64,000 bases of DNA, from NCBI GenBank assembly GCA_964187785.1, contig OZ076409.1, positions 13,394,001 through 13,458,000 on the forward strand, read 5' to 3'. Position 1 is the stretch's first letter; every line of letters starts with the position of its first letter. The notes under the pieces are model-generated. The model did no database searches, was not told where the DNA came from, and was given only the letters and a program-made list of their open reading frames with translations. The translations under genes were made by a program, and so were the position numbers. Positions 62,564-64,000 of the stretch are shown here, piece after piece. Source of the DNA: Amphiscolops sp. MND2022 (Eukaryota).

Positions 62564-64000
62564 TTACTGGGTGGCGGAGGAGTGACGCGCTCTGGGGGAG
62601 ACGTCGGCCTTTGGTTGCAGTTCGGACAGGGATCCTCTTCGCGTATTTCCTTCTCGCAGGACTGGCTTTGGTTCGGCGCTGGCAGTTTCATGGGTCCTGG
62701 GAGTCGTGTTTGAGCCACTAGGGCCATCTTCTGCGGCTACGGGAGTTGAGGCTTCTGGCGAATGTTCTTGCGCTGCATTGGCTGAGCCACTAACATTGGC
62801 AGAACTTGTGGTCGACGTGGAGATTGGGATCTGCACGTCCAATCTACTGGCATTAAACAGGTGCGGTAGATCTAGCGGTCTATTGCGGGTGGCAATGGGT
62901 CGTTTCTGCTTGGCGCTGAGTTTCGGGCGTAGATCAGGTCGGCCCCAGAGCCCGCAGGCTCTGGACCAGTTGTCCCTGTTTGCATGTTCTATAATTTGTC
63001 TGGAGGCTTCCCATTCGGGTCCGAGGGGATCACTCAGCAATTCCATGACGTGGTAGCAAGTCTCCGCTGGCATGTCGCTTCCCATAGTGACCCTCGCCTC
63101 TGGATTCCAAACAGGCATTGTCAGTGGGGGGATGATCAAACCTTTCAGGCGCCCTTGGCGTTCCTCCAGGGTCCTTGACATCCACACGCCTAGTTTGTAG
63201 TGATCGCGATAGGCGTACTGCTCATCAAAGCCCTTCTCGACCATGCTGATTGGCTTAGCCCGGATATAACCGATGGGTCCTCGCCAGTACCTGGCTGGAA
63301 GCTTGATCATTTGAAAATTATACTCCTGATTTGTGTGACCGCCCATGGTTTGCACGCATTCGGTCACGTACTTTCTGAGGTGTGCGAAACTCCAATTAAA
63401 TCGCTGTGGGATTCCAAGGTGATCTAGGGGCGAATTGTACCAATTCACCGGGCCGTATTCGCGAGGTAAGGGGCACGCCTTCTTCGTTCGGGCTTTGAGA
63501 ATACCGGCCAGGTTTTCGTCTTGCTGCGTCTCATTCTTTATGGTGGTATACATGCGGGGTACTAGCAGAAACAGCCCACGTTCAAGCATCTGTTGATAGT
63601 TGTGCGGTTTTACGTTCTTCAGATAAGTCAGGATGGATACTGTTAGTGTCTCCGAGGCCAGTCGCAGAGGCTTGGTGGGATAGCGAAGTATCCCGGTTGG
63701 GCCAAATATCGGAGTTAGCACGGGTGCTAACACCGGTACAAGATCTTCGACTTCAGCCAAAGTGAAATCTGCCAGCTGGTTAGGTGTCAAAAATCCAGCT
63801 ACCTCGGTCACTAGCTGACGTCCGTCATATAATGGTTGGTGCTTATCCACCCCCACGAAAAGTCCCGAGGCAAAGACCAGACTGCAATATATCCAGTGAT
63901 ATAACGAAGTTGTCATGCGCTCCAGGTGAGCGGGATAATCCTGAGCGTCTTTTCGTTGTAACAGCTTGGCTAAGGCGGTGAGGCCTGAGATATTCCCTCG
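62564..64000 (-). CDS. Intact intronless ORF of unknown function (>=478 codons; Met at 63916, frame open to the window edge)
   Basis: No stops from 64000 to 62564; GC clearly above background; low-complexity Ser/Ala/Pro tail; no motif I recognise. Confidence 0.7.
   Translation of the reverse strand, partial: RGNISGLTALAKLLQRKDAQDYPAHLERMTTSLYHWIYCSLVFASGLFVGVDKHQPLYDGRQLVTEVAGFLTPNQLADFTLAEVEDLVPVLAPVLTPIFGPTGILRYPTKPLRLASETLTVSILTYLKNVKPHNYQQMLERGLFLLVPRMYTTIKNETQQDENLAGILKARTKKACPLPREYGPVNWYNSPLDHLGIPQRFNWSFAHLRKYVTECVQTMGGHTNQEYNFQMIKLPARYWRGPIGYIRAKPISMVEKGFDEQYAYRDHYKLGVWMSRTLEERQGRLKGLIIPPLTMPVWNPEARVTMGSDMPAETCYHVMELLSDPLGPEWEASRQIIEHANRDNWSRACGLWGRPDLRPKLSAKQKRPIATRNRPLDLPHLFNASRLDVQIPISTSTTSSANVSGSANAAQEHSPEASTPVAAEDGPSGSNTTPRTHETASAEPKPVLREGNTRRGSLSELQPKADVSPRARHSSATQ

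Overview
AT-rich, intron-containing animal (metazoan) genomic DNA dominated by transposable elements; no prokaryotic operons or CRISPR. A + strand host gene of unrecognised family has exons at about 3840-4109, possibly 4943-5011, 7209-7349, 33550-33811, 33937-34061, 35783-35939 and 36374-36687. Its ~26-kb intron is bracketed by two near-identical, inverted Penelope-like (RT + GIY-YIG) arms. Each arm carries a minimal hammerhead ribozyme with a U3-A8 core variant, and the block is flanked by a 12-bp direct repeat. Between the arms lie a decayed Ty3/gypsy element with a 3.81-kb tandem duplication and a decayed ~11-kb candidate tyrosine-recombinase element (about 19230-30700). That element is the main finding: it carries a spliced SET-domain/tyrosine-recombinase gene next to a zinc-finger/JmjC (KDM2/KDM7-like) demethylase gene, i.e. 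a histone-methyl writer and eraser, tied together by a strand-biased GGTGGGAC motif that also forms a 67-bp terminal array. The rest of the window holds a decayed LINE, a second decayed gypsy, many Helentron-like non-autonomous elements, hAT/MULE-type MITEs, foldback hairpins, and an LTR followed by an intact unknown ORF running off the right edge. A 200-N gap (31229-31428) means some long-range structure could be an assembly artefact.
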